Counted from the first letter of the stretch, positions 48,900-59,328 are shown. The stretch: 64,000 nucleotides of DNA from an uncultured Nitrospiraceae bacterium (GCA_963811165.1 CAWEQH010000004.1:384001-448000), one strand, 5' to 3'. Program-made: numbers and translations. Notes: generated from the letters alone by a model not told the origin.

Positions 48900-49298
48900 A
48901 TGAACTTACAAGAAGAAATAGCTAAGGTGGCTCATGAATTATATGAAAAAAGTGGGTGCATTGAAGGTAGAGACTGTGAAAATTGGCTTGACGCTGAAAG
49001 GATAGTGCTCTCAAGGCATGCCGGCCAGGACATGGAAGAGCCGGAGGGAGAAGAAGCACTCATCGAGGAAGAGACAATTGCCGAGGAAATAGAGGGAACA
49101 GAGCTAAAGCCGGCAAGCCAGGGGAATAACGAGGGGACAACTGTAATGGAGGAGATTGAGGTTAGGGAACCGGCCAGAGCTAAAAAAAGAGGGTCCAGAA
49201 TTACTGAAGCGGTAGAAAAAATCATGTCTGTGAAAAAGAGTGGCCCGGGGAAAAAAGCTGATTCCTCAAAAAAAGAGAGAGCAAAGAAAAAGACGTGA
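48900..49298 (+). CDS. DUF2934-domain protein
   Basis: EEIAKVAHELYEKSG...G....NWL.AE with an acidic/basic tail. Confidence 0.85.
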   Translation: MNLQEEIAKVAHELYEKSGCIEGRDCENWLDAERIVLSRHAGQDMEEPEGEEALIEEETIAEEIEGTELKPASQGNNEGTTVMEEIEVREPARAKKRGSRITEAVEKIMSVKKSGPGKKADSSKKERAKKKT

Positions 49299-49518
49299 CC
49301 GTTACAGCGGGCTGTCGCAAAATGCCCGTGCAGACTACGGGTTCAATAGATCACAGATACCCAAACAGTTAGAAAGCATCCCTCTGGTCTATCGTACATA
49401 ACGGCATAATCTCCTCTTACGTTAGTTACACTTTGTCAAAGCCCCCTTCTATGAATAAACTTCATGTGATAACAGGAAATATAAATACGATCAAAATCAA
49501 TGAGTTAGATGGTTACAG

Positions 49519-49560
49519 TTGACAGTTGCATAAAGTTATGTTTATATATGAGTATATCGT
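49519..49560 (+). promoter_or_regulatory. ars operon promoter with a candidate ArsR operator
   Basis: TTGACA followed by the inverted repeat CATAA-AG-TTATG and an AT-rich -10 region. Confidence 0.5.
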
Positions 49561-49581
49561 TAAATGTTTCGGAGGCCTTCA

Positions 49582-50532
49582 ATGCTGAAAACTTTTGCAT
49601 CCTATATAACATATGATCTTGCAAGGCTTGATCGCGGTACACGCCTCGCTGATGCCCTAAATTTCTTCATCTACGACACAATCAAGATATTTCTTCTGCT
49701 CGCTGTCATTATATTTATTGTTTCCGTAATCAGAAGTTATTTCCCTCCCGAAAAAACGAAACACATCTTGTCTCATAAAAAGGAATTTATCGGAAACATT
49801 CTGGCTGCATTGTTGGGTATCGTCACTCCATTTTGTTCTTGTTCGGCTGTCCCTCTCTTCATAGGCTTTGTGGAGGCCGGCGTACCCCTTGGCGTAACAT
49901 TCTCTTTCCTTATCTCCTCGCCGATGGTGAATGAAGTAGCTGTCGTTCTCCTATGGGGACTTTTCGGCTGGAAGATAGCGGCTATTTATATGGGCACCGG
50001 TCTTTTGGTGGCAGTCCTGGCTGGATTCATAATCGGGAAACTGAAACTTGAGAAATGGGTTGAGGAGTATGTATACAAGATAAAAACCGGGCAGGGACAG
50101 GAAGTCTGCGCCCAGCCATTCAAGGAAAGGCTTCAGTACGCGAAGTGGAATACGGCAGATATCTTAAAGAGGGTCTGGGTGTTTGTTATCCTGGCTATCG
50201 GTATCGGCGGTTTCATTCACGGATATGTGCCGCAGGACTTTCTTGTCCGTTATGCAGGCAACGACAATCCTTTTGCAGTTCCCATGGCCGTTGCGCTCGG
50301 TGTTCCGCTTTATTCCAATGCAGCGGGCGTAATACCGATCGTCTACGCCCTTATGGAGAAAGGCTTGAGCATGGGCACTGTCCTTGCCTTTATGATGGCG
50401 GTGACGGCGTTATCTCTGCCTGAAATGATAATCCTGAGAAAGGTATTGAAGATCCCGTTACTGGCTGTTTTTGCCGGAATCATGACCGCGACCATAACGG
50501 CTGTCGGTTATCTCTTTAACGCAATTTTATAG
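49582..50532 (+). CDS. ArsP-like (DUF318) permease
   Basis: TPFCSCSAVP, SSPMVNE and LSLPE motifs. Confidence 0.9.
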   Translation: MLKTFASYITYDLARLDRGTRLADALNFFIYDTIKIFLLLAVIIFIVSVIRSYFPPEKTKHILSHKKEFIGNILAALLGIVTPFCSCSAVPLFIGFVEAGVPLGVTFSFLISSPMVNEVAVVLLWGLFGWKIAAIYMGTGLLVAVLAGFIIGKLKLEKWVEEYVYKIKTGQGQEVCAQPFKERLQYAKWNTADILKRVWVFVILAIGIGGFIHGYVPQDFLVRYAGNDNPFAVPMAVALGVPLYSNAAGVIPIVYALMEKGLSMGTVLAFMMAVTALSLPEMIILRKVLKIPLLAVFAGIMTATITAVGYLFNAIL

Positions 50533-50542
50533 GAGGATATGA

Positions 50543-50782
50543 ATGGAAATCAAGGTATTGGGTCCGGGATGTACAAACTGTCACAAGATGGAAGAGTTGG
50601 CAAAAATCGCCGTGAATGACCTCGGCATCGAAGCAAAGGTAGAGAAGATTTCCGAAATTCAGGAGATCATGAGATATACCATGTCGACACCGGGGCTTGT
50701 GGTTAACGGCAAGCTTAAACATTCAGGTAAGCCGCTGCCAAGCCTCGACAAGGTGAAAGCCCTGATAAAGGAAGAGGCTTGA
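50543..50782 (+). CDS. Small redox-active disulfide protein (MTH895/thioredoxin-like)
   Basis: IKVLGPGCTNC and STPGLVVNG. Confidence 0.92.
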   Translation: MEIKVLGPGCTNCHKMEELAKIAVNDLGIEAKVEKISEIQEIMRYTMSTPGLVVNGKLKHSGKPLPSLDKVKALIKEEA

Positions 50783-51162
50783 CCATGCAGGATTTGATGA
50801 ACATCTTTAAAGCGCTTTCTGAAGAAACGAGGCTCAGGATATTGAAGCTGCTTGAAACCGGGGAGCTATGCGTCTGTGATATCGTTGCCGCGCTCGATAT
50901 GGTACAACCGAAAGTATCGTTTCATCTGAACGCATTAAAGGAAGCGGGCTTCCTGAAAGACCGGAAACAGGGACGGTGGACCCACTACCGCATTGACGAT
51001 TCGGATTTCTTCAGAAGGTCCCTGCTTCTGTCTGTCTTCGAAAGGATACCGAGAGAAGCCAATGCAGAGGACAGGAGAAGACTTGATGATTTTCTTGAGA
51101 ATAAGCAGACAAAAGGGGACGTGGTGCCTATTCAAAATAAAAAAAGATGTTGCGGAGGATGA
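50779..51162 (+). CDS. arsR: ArsR/SmtB transcriptional repressor
   Basis: [24 protein letters not shown] and a C-terminal CC. Confidence 0.93.
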   Translation: MTMQDLMNIFKALSEETRLRILKLLETGELCVCDIVAALDMVQPKVSFHLNALKEAGFLKDRKQGRWTHYRIDDSDFFRRSLLLSVFERIPREANAEDRRRLDDFLENKQTKGDVVPIQNKKRCCGG

Positions 51163-51164
51163 CC

Positions 51165-52244
51165 ATGGCTGATAAAACGGGTAAAAGACTTTCCTTTCTC
51201 GATCGCTTTCTTACCCTGTGGATATTTGCCGCAATGGCCTTCGGTGTCGGTCTGGGATATTTCATCCCCGGGACCGAGGATTTCATCAACAGCTTCCAGG
51301 TCGGTACCACTAACATCCCGATCGCCATCGGACTTATCCTCATGATGTATCCTCCTCTTGCAAAAGTGAAATACGAGGAACTCGGAGATGTCTTCAGGAA
51401 TAAAAAGGTGCTTGTCCTGTCACTCGTTCAAAACTGGGTCATCGGCCCGATACTCATGTTTTTCCTGGCGGTCATCTTTCTTCGCGGCTATCCGGAATAC
51501 ATGGTGGGACTTATCATGATAGGCCTTGCACGCTGTATTGCGATGGTCATTGTCTGGAACGACCTGGCCTGCGGCGACCCAGAGTATGCAGCCGGCCTGG
51601 TGGCTTTCAACTCGATATTCCAGGTCCTCTTCTTTTCCGTATATGCCTATGTCTTTATAACCGTCCTGCCGGCATGGTTCGGTCTCAAGGGAGCGGTTGT
51701 CAATGTCACGATCGGCCAAATCGCAAAGAGCGTCTTCATATATCTCGGAATTCCCTTCCTCGCAGGGATGATAACCCGATTCAGCATGCTCAAGATAAAG
51801 GGGCGTGAGTGGTATGAGAGGGTATTCATCCCGAAGATAAGCCCTGTTACTCTTATTTTTCTGCTTTTTACCATCGTCGTCATGTTCTCGCTTAAGGGCA
51901 ACTACATCGTCAGGCTGCCGCTGGACGTGGTCCGCGTGGCAATCCCGCTTCTTATCTATTTTGTAGTCATGTTCCTTGTCTCGTTTTATCTGGGAAAGAA
52001 GATCGGAGCGGATTATCCGAAGACCGCGACCCTCTCCTTTACTGCTGCAAGCAATAACTTCGAGCTGGCCATAGCGGTTGCTGTTGCCGTCTTCGGAATC
52101 AATTCGGGAGCTGCCTTTGCTGCAGTCATAGGCCCTCTCGTTGAAGTTCCGGTTTTAATCAGTCTGGTGAACGTTGCCCTATATTTCCAAAAAAAATATT
52201 TCACCATTGAATACTGCAGAGTAAAAGGTCTTAACACATCATAA
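51165..52244 (+). CDS. acr3: Acr3 arsenite efflux transporter
   Basis: [28 protein letters not shown] and GPLVEVP motifs. Confidence 0.96.
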   Translation: MADKTGKRLSFLDRFLTLWIFAAMAFGVGLGYFIPGTEDFINSFQVGTTNIPIAIGLILMMYPPLAKVKYEELGDVFRNKKVLVLSLVQNWVIGPILMFFLAVIFLRGYPEYMVGLIMIGLARCIAMVIVWNDLACGDPEYAAGLVAFNSIFQVLFFSVYAYVFITVLPAWFGLKGAVVNVTIGQIAKSVFIYLGIPFLAGMITRFSMLKIKGREWYERVFIPKISPVTLIFLLFTIVVMFSLKGNYIVRLPLDVVRVAIPLLIYFVVMFLVSFYLGKKIGADYPKTATLSFTAASNNFELAIAVAVAVFGINSGAAFAAVIGPLVEVPVLISLVNVALYFQKKYFTIEYCRVKGLNTS

Positions 52245-52279
52245 ATGTTCAAAGAAAGACTATGGCATATGGAGGAGCA

Positions 52280-52660
52280 ATGAAACAAAGATTAATGCTT
52301 CTTGTTGTTCTGATAACTTTGTCGACCCTATGGGGATACAGCGATGCAGGTGAGGTGGACACTGTTTTGAGTAATGCAAAAAAGGATGGCAAAGCAGTTA
52401 TGCTTGAGCTGGGTTCAGTAGGCTGCATCCCCTGCGAGAAAATGAAACCGGTCATGGCAAAGCTAAGAACGAACTATGGAGGAAAACTGGAAGTTTTCTT
52501 TGTCGATGTCAGAATAAACCATGATACCGCACAACGATTCGGCGCCTACGTCATCCCGACGCAGGTGTTTCTTGACAAGAATGGCAGAGAGTTTCACCGG
52601 CATATCGGCTTTTATGGGTATGAGGAGATCGTCCCTGTTCTGAAGAAAGCGGGGATGTAA
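52280..52660 (+). CDS. Exported thioredoxin-family protein
   Basis: Signal peptide, GCIPC and IPTQVF. Confidence 0.88.
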   Translation: MKQRLMLLVVLITLSTLWGYSDAGEVDTVLSNAKKDGKAVMLELGSVGCIPCEKMKPVMAKLRTNYGGKLEVFFVDVRINHDTAQRFGAYVIPTQVFLDKNGREFHRHIGFYGYEEIVPVLKKAGM

Positions 52661-52693
52661 GCATTGCATGCGGTCTGAATAGGAGAAAACAAG

Positions 52694-53410
52694 TTGAAAA
52701 TTGCAATTTTAGGTGATATCCATGGAAATATCGAGGCGCTGAAGGCCGTCTATGCCGAAACGTCGGCCAGGGGCGCAGATAAGATATACCATCTGGGCGA
52801 CCTTGGCGGTTATGCTCCCTTTGTAAATGAGGTGGTCGATTTTCTTATCGAACACAGCATTGAGGGAGTCCAGGGGAATTACGACGACACGGTTGCCAAT
52901 GACCGCGAACATTGCGGATGCAAATATGAAGATCCCATACAGGCCGAAATGGCGGAACTGGGATTTGAATGGACGAAGAATCACGCATTGCCGAAGAGCA
53001 AGGATTACATGAAAAATCTTCCTTTTGAAATCCAGCTCACTGTCGATGGGAAAAAGATCATCATTTTTCATGCAAGTCCGAAAAAGAATAATCTCTATTG
53101 GTATGAGGATAGGCCCGAGAAGTTCTTCAGAGAGATGGCTGAAAAGGTCGATGCCGACGTGTTTATCTACGGTCATACCCACAGACCGTATCGTAAGGAT
53201 CTCGACGGTAAAATCTTCATCAACGCCGGCAGTGTCGGGAAGCCGAAAGATGGCAATACACGGGCCTGCGTTACTTTGGTGGAGATAACTGGAGGGGATG
53301 TGAAGACCGAGTTTCTCAGGGTGCCATATGATGTCGAAAAGACAGCATCTGCAATAGTCGACAGTGGACTGCCCCTATACTTCGCGGAAAAACTCAGGGC
53401 AGGGAAATAG
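52694..53410 (+). CDS. Metallophosphoesterase family protein
   Basis: DIHGN, GD, GNYD, GHTH and NAGSVG motifs plus an HCGC segment. Confidence 0.92.
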   Translation: MKIAILGDIHGNIEALKAVYAETSARGADKIYHLGDLGGYAPFVNEVVDFLIEHSIEGVQGNYDDTVANDREHCGCKYEDPIQAEMAELGFEWTKNHALPKSKDYMKNLPFEIQLTVDGKKIIIFHASPKKNNLYWYEDRPEKFFREMAEKVDADVFIYGHTHRPYRKDLDGKIFINAGSVGKPKDGNTRACVTLVEITGGDVKTEFLRVPYDVEKTASAIVDSGLPLYFAEKLRAGK

Positions 53411-53415
53411 GACCT

Positions 53416-54105
53416 ATGGAAGCCGTTTTCAGCAACATCCAGCATATCATCCAGGACCGACATGGTCTGGCGTTCGTTGCTGTACTTGTTGGCGGACTTA
53501 TCTCAGCGGCAAGCCCTTGCGTGCTGGCGGCGATACCTTTAATTATCGGCTATGTCGGTGGCTATTCAGAGGGAAATAAGAAAAAGGCTGCTCTTTATTC
53601 TCTCGTCTTTGTCCTTGGCCTTTCGATCACTTTTACCCTACTTGGCGCAGCGGCATCGGTCATGGGCCAGTTCCTGGGATTCATGGGGAAGTGGCTTTAT
53701 ATGGGGCTTGCCGTTGTTGCGATAGGAATGGGGCTTCAGCTCATGGGGATAGTATCGATCCCCATGCCATTCCAAAAAACACGGCAGGTTAAATCAAAGG
53801 GCCTTGCAGGCGCGTTTCTGCTCGGTTTATTGACCGGCACGGTGTCGTCCCCCTGCGCAACACCGGTGCTTGCGGTGATTCTCGCTTATGTATCTACGCA
53901 AGGAGATATCTTGTATGGCGGCTCGTTGCTCTTTGTCTATGCCCTCGGCCACTGCGCGCTTATATTTATTGCCGGACTATCTATCGGGTTCACTGAAAGT
54001 ATTGTCGGCTCAAGAGGCGTCAGAAACTTCTCACTTTACGCGAAAAGGTTCAGCGGAGCTTTACTTGTCATCGCGGGAATATATTTCGGCATAACGAATT
54101 CATGA
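53416..54105 (+). CDS. ccdA: CcdA-type thiol:disulfide transporter
   Basis: SPCVL and SPCATP Cys pair in a multi-TM protein. Confidence 0.9.
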   Translation: MEAVFSNIQHIIQDRHGLAFVAVLVGGLISAASPCVLAAIPLIIGYVGGYSEGNKKKAALYSLVFVLGLSITFTLLGAAASVMGQFLGFMGKWLYMGLAVVAIGMGLQLMGIVSIPMPFQKTRQVKSKGLAGAFLLGLLTGTVSSPCATPVLAVILAYVSTQGDILYGGSLLFVYALGHCALIFIAGLSIGFTESIVGSRGVRNFSLYAKRFSGALLVIAGIYFGITNS

Positions 54106-54235
54106 GAGATCATATATGAAAAGGTTCTCAATTATTTGCAGGTGCTGGTGGCACGGAGGATAGCGGGTGCAGGTCTCCTTTAGTTTCTCCCGTTATCAAC
54201 GGGACAATTACGGATAGTTTTAAGGAGGACTTGCA

Positions 54236-54844
54236 ATGAAAGAATTCAAGGAATATCTTGATGTTGCCTGGGAGTTCCACGGCCACAGGTGTCCCGCCAT
54301 GCCGATGGGACTAAAAGCTGGACTTGCTGCGATGAAGGTGCTTGGCGTTGAGCGGTCAAAGGACAAGGAGCTTTTTGTGGAAGCTGAAACCGGTAAGGGA
54401 CATGCTGCGGGTTGTTTCCTTGACGGCATCATGACCGCCACCGGCTGCACTTACGGAAAATCGAACATCCAGAAGCTCTATTACAACAAGATGGCTTTTA
54501 CCCTCATTGACGCAAAAAGTGGAAAAGCGGTGAGGGTTTCGCTCAAACCAGAGTTCTTCGAAAAGGCCCTTAACTCTCCCTTTGTCCAGGAAAGAAAGAA
54601 GGGCGTGCCGCCACAGGAGATTCCCGCTGCTATCACGGACCCTCTTATAGACCGGGTTCTGGGCCTTCCTGAATCCGAATTCCTGAATATCAGTGATGTA
54701 TTCCAGAGAGATATGAAAAAGGGATCTGCCAACTTTGAGGTCAAACGGTGCGCGAAATGCGGCGAGGCAGTATTTACCGACAAACTGACAACTGCTTCGG
54801 ATGGACAGATGCTCTGCATCCCCTGCGCTGAGGCCGGGAAATAG
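54236..54844 (+). CDS. FmdE-family protein with a C-terminal zinc finger
   Basis: FHGHRC, C..DG...TGCT.GK, and CAKC...CIPC. Confidence 0.88.
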   Translation: MKEFKEYLDVAWEFHGHRCPAMPMGLKAGLAAMKVLGVERSKDKELFVEAETGKGHAAGCFLDGIMTATGCTYGKSNIQKLYYNKMAFTLIDAKSGKAVRVSLKPEFFEKALNSPFVQERKKGVPPQEIPAAITDPLIDRVLGLPESEFLNISDVFQRDMKKGSANFEVKRCAKCGEAVFTDKLTTASDGQMLCIPCAEAGK

Positions 54845-54882
54845 AGGACAGGGCTTCGGCCCTGCTTTCTCTCTGAGACGAT

Positions 54883-55632
54883 ATGGAAACGCTCCTGGCA
54901 GCCGCGTCGCTGGTCTTTCTGTTTACGACCGTGTTGACGATAGCAGGGGTCGGCTCAGCGTTCATCGTGATCCCGACTTTCTACTGGCTCGGCGTTCCTC
55001 TGACCGAGGCCATGGCTATTGGTCTGCTGTTGAACGCCATCAGCATGACGTTTGCATCGGTCAACTATATTCGCTACAACCTCGTTCTGTTTCGCACTGC
55101 CGTGCCTATCATCGCGCTTGCAGTTGTATTCTCTCCTCTGGGCGCCTGGTCAACGCGGTTTTTTCCGAAAAATGTGCTCATACTTCTATTCGTCCTCTTT
55201 CTTGTCTTCGCAGCGACGATGATGCTCTTTTACAAGCCGAAGAAGAAAGAGGAAGGTCCGTTGTCCGGAGGAAAGGAATTAAAGACCGGAATCGGATTGG
55301 GCATTGGGGCGGGATATCTCGGCGGACTCCTCGGCGTGGGCGGAGGAAACTTCATAGTCCCTGCCCTCGTGTGGCTTGGAATTGATCCCAAGAAGGCATC
55401 GGCCACTACGGCCTTCATCGTTGTCTTCTCGTCGCTCTCGGGTTTTTTCGGCCATACTGCAATGGGAACGATCAACTGGAACCTGCTTGCATTCGCGGCT
55501 GTCGGCTCAGTCGCGGGCGCTATGGCGGGCTCGTGGCTTATGCACAAAAAGCTCGATGCCAATCAGGTAAAAAAGGTAATCGGCATAGTCCTCTACGTCA
55601 TAGCAGCAAAGATGGCGTGGGGATTGTTATGA
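54883..55632 (+). CDS. TauE/SafE-family exporter
   Basis: GVGSA..P and GLLGVGGG..VP repeats in a multi-TM protein. Confidence 0.9.
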   Translation: METLLAAASLVFLFTTVLTIAGVGSAFIVIPTFYWLGVPLTEAMAIGLLLNAISMTFASVNYIRYNLVLFRTAVPIIALAVVFSPLGAWSTRFFPKNVLILLFVLFLVFAATMMLFYKPKKKEEGPLSGGKELKTGIGLGIGAGYLGGLLGVGGGNFIVPALVWLGIDPKKASATTAFIVVFSSLSGFFGHTAMGTINWNLLAFAAVGSVAGAMAGSWLMHKKLDANQVKKVIGIVLYVIAAKMAWGLL

Positions 55633-55673
55633 GGTATATAAAAGCAACTATCATCCGGCTCAAGGAGGTATTT

Positions 55674-56126
55674 ATGAGATCAAAGACACTTGTGAAAGTA
55701 GTAGTAGTTTTCACAATAATTTTAACCTCTTCCATGGCCTTTGCGGCCTGGAGTGGCTGGCGTGGAAGCGGCGGCTGGGGCATGGGCTCGCAGTATAACA
55801 GGATGTACGACCCTGCAACAGTCGAAACCATTACGGGCACAGTTGAATCAGTGGACAAGGTTACCCCGAGGAAAGGAATGTATTATGGCATTCATCTGAT
55901 GGTCAAGACCGATAAAGAAACAATTCCGGTCGACTTAGGCCCGGGCTGGTACATTGAACGGCTCGATACGAAGATCGAAAAAGGCGACAAGATCGAGGTC
56001 AAAGGTTCGCGGGTGACCTTCTCAGGCAAGCCGGCAATTATTGCGGCAGAAGTAAAAAAGGGAGACGATACCCTTGTGCTAAGAGACAGCGCCGGCATCC
56101 CTGCCTGGTCTGGCTGGAGAAGGTAG
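55674..56126 (+). CDS. Exported OB-fold hypothetical protein
   Basis: Signal peptide, YDPATVETITGTV, LGPGWY and LRD..G.P.W. Confidence 0.8.
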   Translation: MRSKTLVKVVVVFTIILTSSMAFAAWSGWRGSGGWGMGSQYNRMYDPATVETITGTVESVDKVTPRKGMYYGIHLMVKTDKETIPVDLGPGWYIERLDTKIEKGDKIEVKGSRVTFSGKPAIIAAEVKKGDDTLVLRDSAGIPAWSGWRR

Positions 56127-56142
56127 GAGGAAGTATAACAGG

Positions 56143-56180
56143 AGAGGCCCTGTTTCGAGCCGGAGGCAGGGCCTCTTTCC
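56143..56180 (+). terminator. Intergenic hairpin (weak terminator or mRNA stabiliser)
   Basis: AGAGGCCCTG/CAGGGCCTCT stem with a short U-tract. Confidence 0.45.
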
Positions 56181-56189
56181 CATTACAAT

Positions 56190-56924
56190 ATGGAGGTTTT
56201 AGTGAAACGGTTCATAATCATAATTAGCATATTGCTCGCTGTTATGAGTGCATTTATATCGAACGCAGCAGAAGATACAAACCCCGAGTGGTATTTCCCC
56301 GAATGGCTCGGGACCGCACTATACGCCCCTATCTTTAAAGTTAGGGACACGGAGAATAAATATGGTCGCTATGCCTCGAATACAAAAGTAGTAACCATCA
56401 AAGACCTTATTAAGTTCCATGGCCATTCCTGTGGAGGGCTTGTCGAAAGCGCGGCCTCTCTTAGAGTTGCCTTCGATATGCTCTTTTTTGACAGCATTGT
56501 TGACCGCACAGACCTGCGAATTGTTTCCAACAATTCTGCCTGCGGCGGTGATGTGGCGGCTTATCTTACCGGTGCACGGACGCGGTTTAATAGTCATATC
56601 ATAGACAATTCACTGACCGAGAGCGAGTTCTACGTTCAACAAATGTCGACCGATAAAACCATTCATGTCAAACTCGACCCTGCCGTCTACCCAAAAGAGG
56701 TCAAGACCCAGATGAAAAAAATAGAATCGGGAACGTATGCGCCAAGAGATATTGACCTATTTCAGGAACTCCAGTGGGCTTACGCAAAGCGAATGGTAAC
56801 TAAGCCGCTCAAAGAGTCATTCATAGTTGAAGAAGTTAAAGACTATAAATGGCCGGATCCCTCATGTAGGGACTTGGGCAAAAGGAAAGATAATGATTAT
56901 AAAAATGTGCCTGGGAGTAACTGA
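56190..56924 (+). CDS. Exported FmdE-like protein
   Basis: Signal peptide, KFHGHSCGG and SAC..D...YLTG.R. Confidence 0.75.
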   Translation: MEVLVKRFIIIISILLAVMSAFISNAAEDTNPEWYFPEWLGTALYAPIFKVRDTENKYGRYASNTKVVTIKDLIKFHGHSCGGLVESAASLRVAFDMLFFDSIVDRTDLRIVSNNSACGGDVAAYLTGARTRFNSHIIDNSLTESEFYVQQMSTDKTIHVKLDPAVYPKEVKTQMKKIESGTYAPRDIDLFQELQWAYAKRMVTKPLKESFIVEEVKDYKWPDPSCRDLGKRKDNDYKNVPGSN

Positions 56925-56927
56925 CGC

Positions 56928-57191
56928 ATGATCGGGACAATATATAAGACATCGAAATCAGACGCTCAACTCGCCGGACTACTGAATGAGGCAAGAGAAT
57001 ACGCACATATCTATGCGCTTGCGAGACAGAGACAAAAGGGCTGTGACGGCATGGGTGAATTGGCAACCATGAAGGAAGAATTCAGGGATGTCGTTGATAA
57101 GGTGATACACTATGCTCAAGAGAAGAAATATATTTCTCAGGACGTATCATACGATATTGATTCGGTTGCCGACGAGATTAAGAGGTTATGA
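56928..57191 (+). CDS. Hypothetical protein
   Basis: 87-aa ORF tightly spaced between its neighbours. Confidence 0.7.
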   Translation: MIGTIYKTSKSDAQLAGLLNEAREYAHIYALARQRQKGCDGMGELATMKEEFRDVVDKVIHYAQEKKYISQDVSYDIDSVADEIKRL

Positions 57192-57195
57192 TTAG

Positions 57196-57912
57196 ATGTC
57201 TTTGCTTGAAATCAAAGGGCTTGCATACAAAACCGGTGGTAAAATAATTCTCGATGATTTTTCGTTGACGGTAAGTACATCGGAAGTCCACGCCCTTCTC
57301 GGCACAAACGGAACCGGAAAAAGCACCCTTGCCTATCTTGTCATGGGCTGTGAAGGATACAATCCAACATCCGGGGAAATAGTATTTGACAGCAGAGTGA
57401 TCAATGACCTCAAGATTCATGAAAGGGCACATCTCGGCATAACTATGGCCTGGCAGGAGCCGGTAAGGTTCGAGGGGATATCGGTTAGGGACTATCTGAC
57501 GCTCAATAATAAGGATGTCGATCCGGCTCATTATATCGGGATGGTTGGGCTTCATCCTGAGCTTTATCTGCACAGGATGGTCGACAAGTCACTGAGCGGT
57601 GGGGAGAGAAAGAGGATTGAGCTTGCATCCATACTTGCACTTCATCCAAAACTTGCCATCCTCGATGAGCCTGACTCGGGTATCGATATGCTCTCCACTC
57701 AGGATATTGTCAATGTTATCAACGCATTCAAAGAACATGGTTCCTCTGTGCTGCTCATTACCCATCGCGAGGAGATTGTCATAATTGCAGATAAGGCATC
57801 GCAGATATGCAATGGCAAAGTAGTTTGTTCAGGTAGCCCTGCGAAGGTAGCCGAATACTACAAGTCGAGAAAATGCCTCGTATGCGATGGAGAGGTATGC
57901 GCTTATGTCTGA
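57196..57912 (+). CDS. sufC: SufC-like Fe-S assembly ATPase (SmsC-type)
   Basis: GTNGTGKST, LSGGERKR, LDEPDSG and C-terminal CLVC....C. Confidence 0.85.
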   Translation: MSLLEIKGLAYKTGGKIILDDFSLTVSTSEVHALLGTNGTGKSTLAYLVMGCEGYNPTSGEIVFDSRVINDLKIHERAHLGITMAWQEPVRFEGISVRDYLTLNNKDVDPAHYIGMVGLHPELYLHRMVDKSLSGGERKRIELASILALHPKLAILDEPDSGIDMLSTQDIVNVINAFKEHGSSVLLITHREEIVIIADKASQICNGKVVCSGSPAKVAEYYKSRKCLVCDGEVCAYV

Positions 57913-58840
57913 TCTCAGTGCATTAATGAAGGCATTGGGTGAAGCCGGCGGCGATAAGGCTATTCTTGAAAATAATGAGGTAGCGCATCTTGCTGTGGAC
58001 GGGCATAAATTGTTGAGTATGAACAGCGTTGAAGGCCTCGACGTTGACGCAAAAGAGACGATGACAGGAATCAGCGCTAAGGTTACTGTGAAGGAAGGAG
58101 TAAAGTTAAAGAACCCTGTGCATCTCTGCTTCGGAGTGCTTCATAAGAAGGGTGCGCAGAAGATTAAGATGGATGTGAGACTCGAAAAGAATGCAACAGC
58201 TCATTTCATAGCACACTGCATATTTCCGAATGCTGAGAAGGTACGGCATATCATGGACGCAGTGGTTGATATCGGAGAAGGCGCAGAGATGAGATACTCT
58301 GAAACGCATTATCACGGGCTTTACGGAGGCATTGAGGTCATCCCGAAATCAATCGTAAAGATCGGAAAGGATGGTCGCTACTTTACGGATTTCACCCTGA
58401 CCACGGGAAGGGTCGGACAACTCCGCATGGACTATACGGTTGAGGCCGGAGAAAACGCTGTAACCGAGTTGACAGCCCGGGTTTTCGGACATGCTAACGA
58501 CGATATAAATATAAAGGAAAGAGTCGTTTTGGCGGGTAAAAATGCGCGAAGTATTATAAAAACCAGGGTTGCCATCGAAGACGATGCACAAGCTGAAGTC
58601 ACCGGTATTACCGAAGGGCGTGCAGAAGGTGCCAGGGGCCATGTGGACTGCATGGAGATTGTTAAAGACAGGGCAGTAGCAAAGGCGATTCCGATTGTGA
58701 ATGTCAGCAATCCCCTGGCAAAAGTGACCCATGAAGCTGCCATCGGTAGCGTTGACAAACGCCAGATGGAGACACTCATGGCACATGGATTAACGCCTGA
58801 AGCGGCGGTGGATGTGATTGTAAAAGGGATACTCCGCTAA
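57905..58840 (+). CDS. sufB: SufB/D-family Fe-S scaffold (short, SmsB-type)
   Basis: PVHLCFG, ARGHVDC.E and THEAAIG motifs; 311 aa. Confidence 0.85.
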   Translation: MSDLSALMKALGEAGGDKAILENNEVAHLAVDGHKLLSMNSVEGLDVDAKETMTGISAKVTVKEGVKLKNPVHLCFGVLHKKGAQKIKMDVRLEKNATAHFIAHCIFPNAEKVRHIMDAVVDIGEGAEMRYSETHYHGLYGGIEVIPKSIVKIGKDGRYFTDFTLTTGRVGQLRMDYTVEAGENAVTELTARVFGHANDDINIKERVVLAGKNARSIIKTRVAIEDDAQAEVTGITEGRAEGARGHVDCMEIVKDRAVAKAIPIVNVSNPLAKVTHEAAIGSVDKRQMETLMAHGLTPEAAVDVIVKGILR

Positions 58841-59007
58841 TTTTCTTTACTGCAAAGTGGCCTTGTGGCTGCTATAAACGCTTCCGGGTTTTTTGTCCCT
58901 GGTTTGTTCCTGATCACTTTTTGCATTTGCGGCTGTCTCTTCTCGCTGCATTTTTCCTTCCTCTTTTTTTGCATTATTTTTTTTAGGATGTCGTCCAGAT
59001 CGCCCAT
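58837..59007 (-). CDS. Possible small basic protein (56 aa)
   Basis: GAGGAG RBS, then MGDLDDILKKIMQKKRKEK... Confidence 0.3.
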   Translation of the reverse strand: MGDLDDILKKIMQKKRKEKCSEKRQPQMQKVIRNKPGTKNPEAFIAATRPLCSKEN

Positions 59008-59312
59008 AGATACTCCTCGGTTGTGTTCTATTGTTTAATCCCGGTAGTAATTTATATTTTGCGGGAAACTTTGTAGAGCGAGGTTACAAGGAAAAGACTC
59101 GCAGATGGCATAGGCGGAATGCGGAGCTCGGAGCGTGTAGGGCAGTATCTCTCTTCTTCGATATTACCGAACGGATTTTTCGCAAAATCTTTGGATTTTT
59201 TTGATGCCCCTTTACGGCTTCCGCCACCTGAACTGCCGCCGGCATAATCTTCCGCGGTCGGATAAACCCGGCAAACATGACAGAAAACGGAGATGATTAT
59301 TTGTGACAATAT

Positions 59313-59328
59313 TGTTTCGAAGATGACA
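59313..59328 (+). promoter_or_regulatory. NifA-type upstream activator sequence
   Basis: TGT-TTCGAAGATG-ACA (TGT-N10-ACA). Confidence 0.65.

Noticed and set aside
49523..49550. dif/XerCD-like site (GCATAA..TTATGTT)
   Set aside because: The spacer is 2 bp rather than 6; better explained as an operator inside the ars promoter.
54236..54844. Formylmethanofuran dehydrogenase pathway
   Set aside because: FmdE-like and FmdB-like small proteins are widespread, and no catalytic fmd/fwd subunits are present.
55674..56126. Magnetosome MamS/MamX-like assignment
   Set aside because: Only a generic OB-fold resemblance, and no magnetosome genes are in the window.
59072..59088. Second NifA box
   Set aside because: Spacing is TGT-N11-ACA, not N10.
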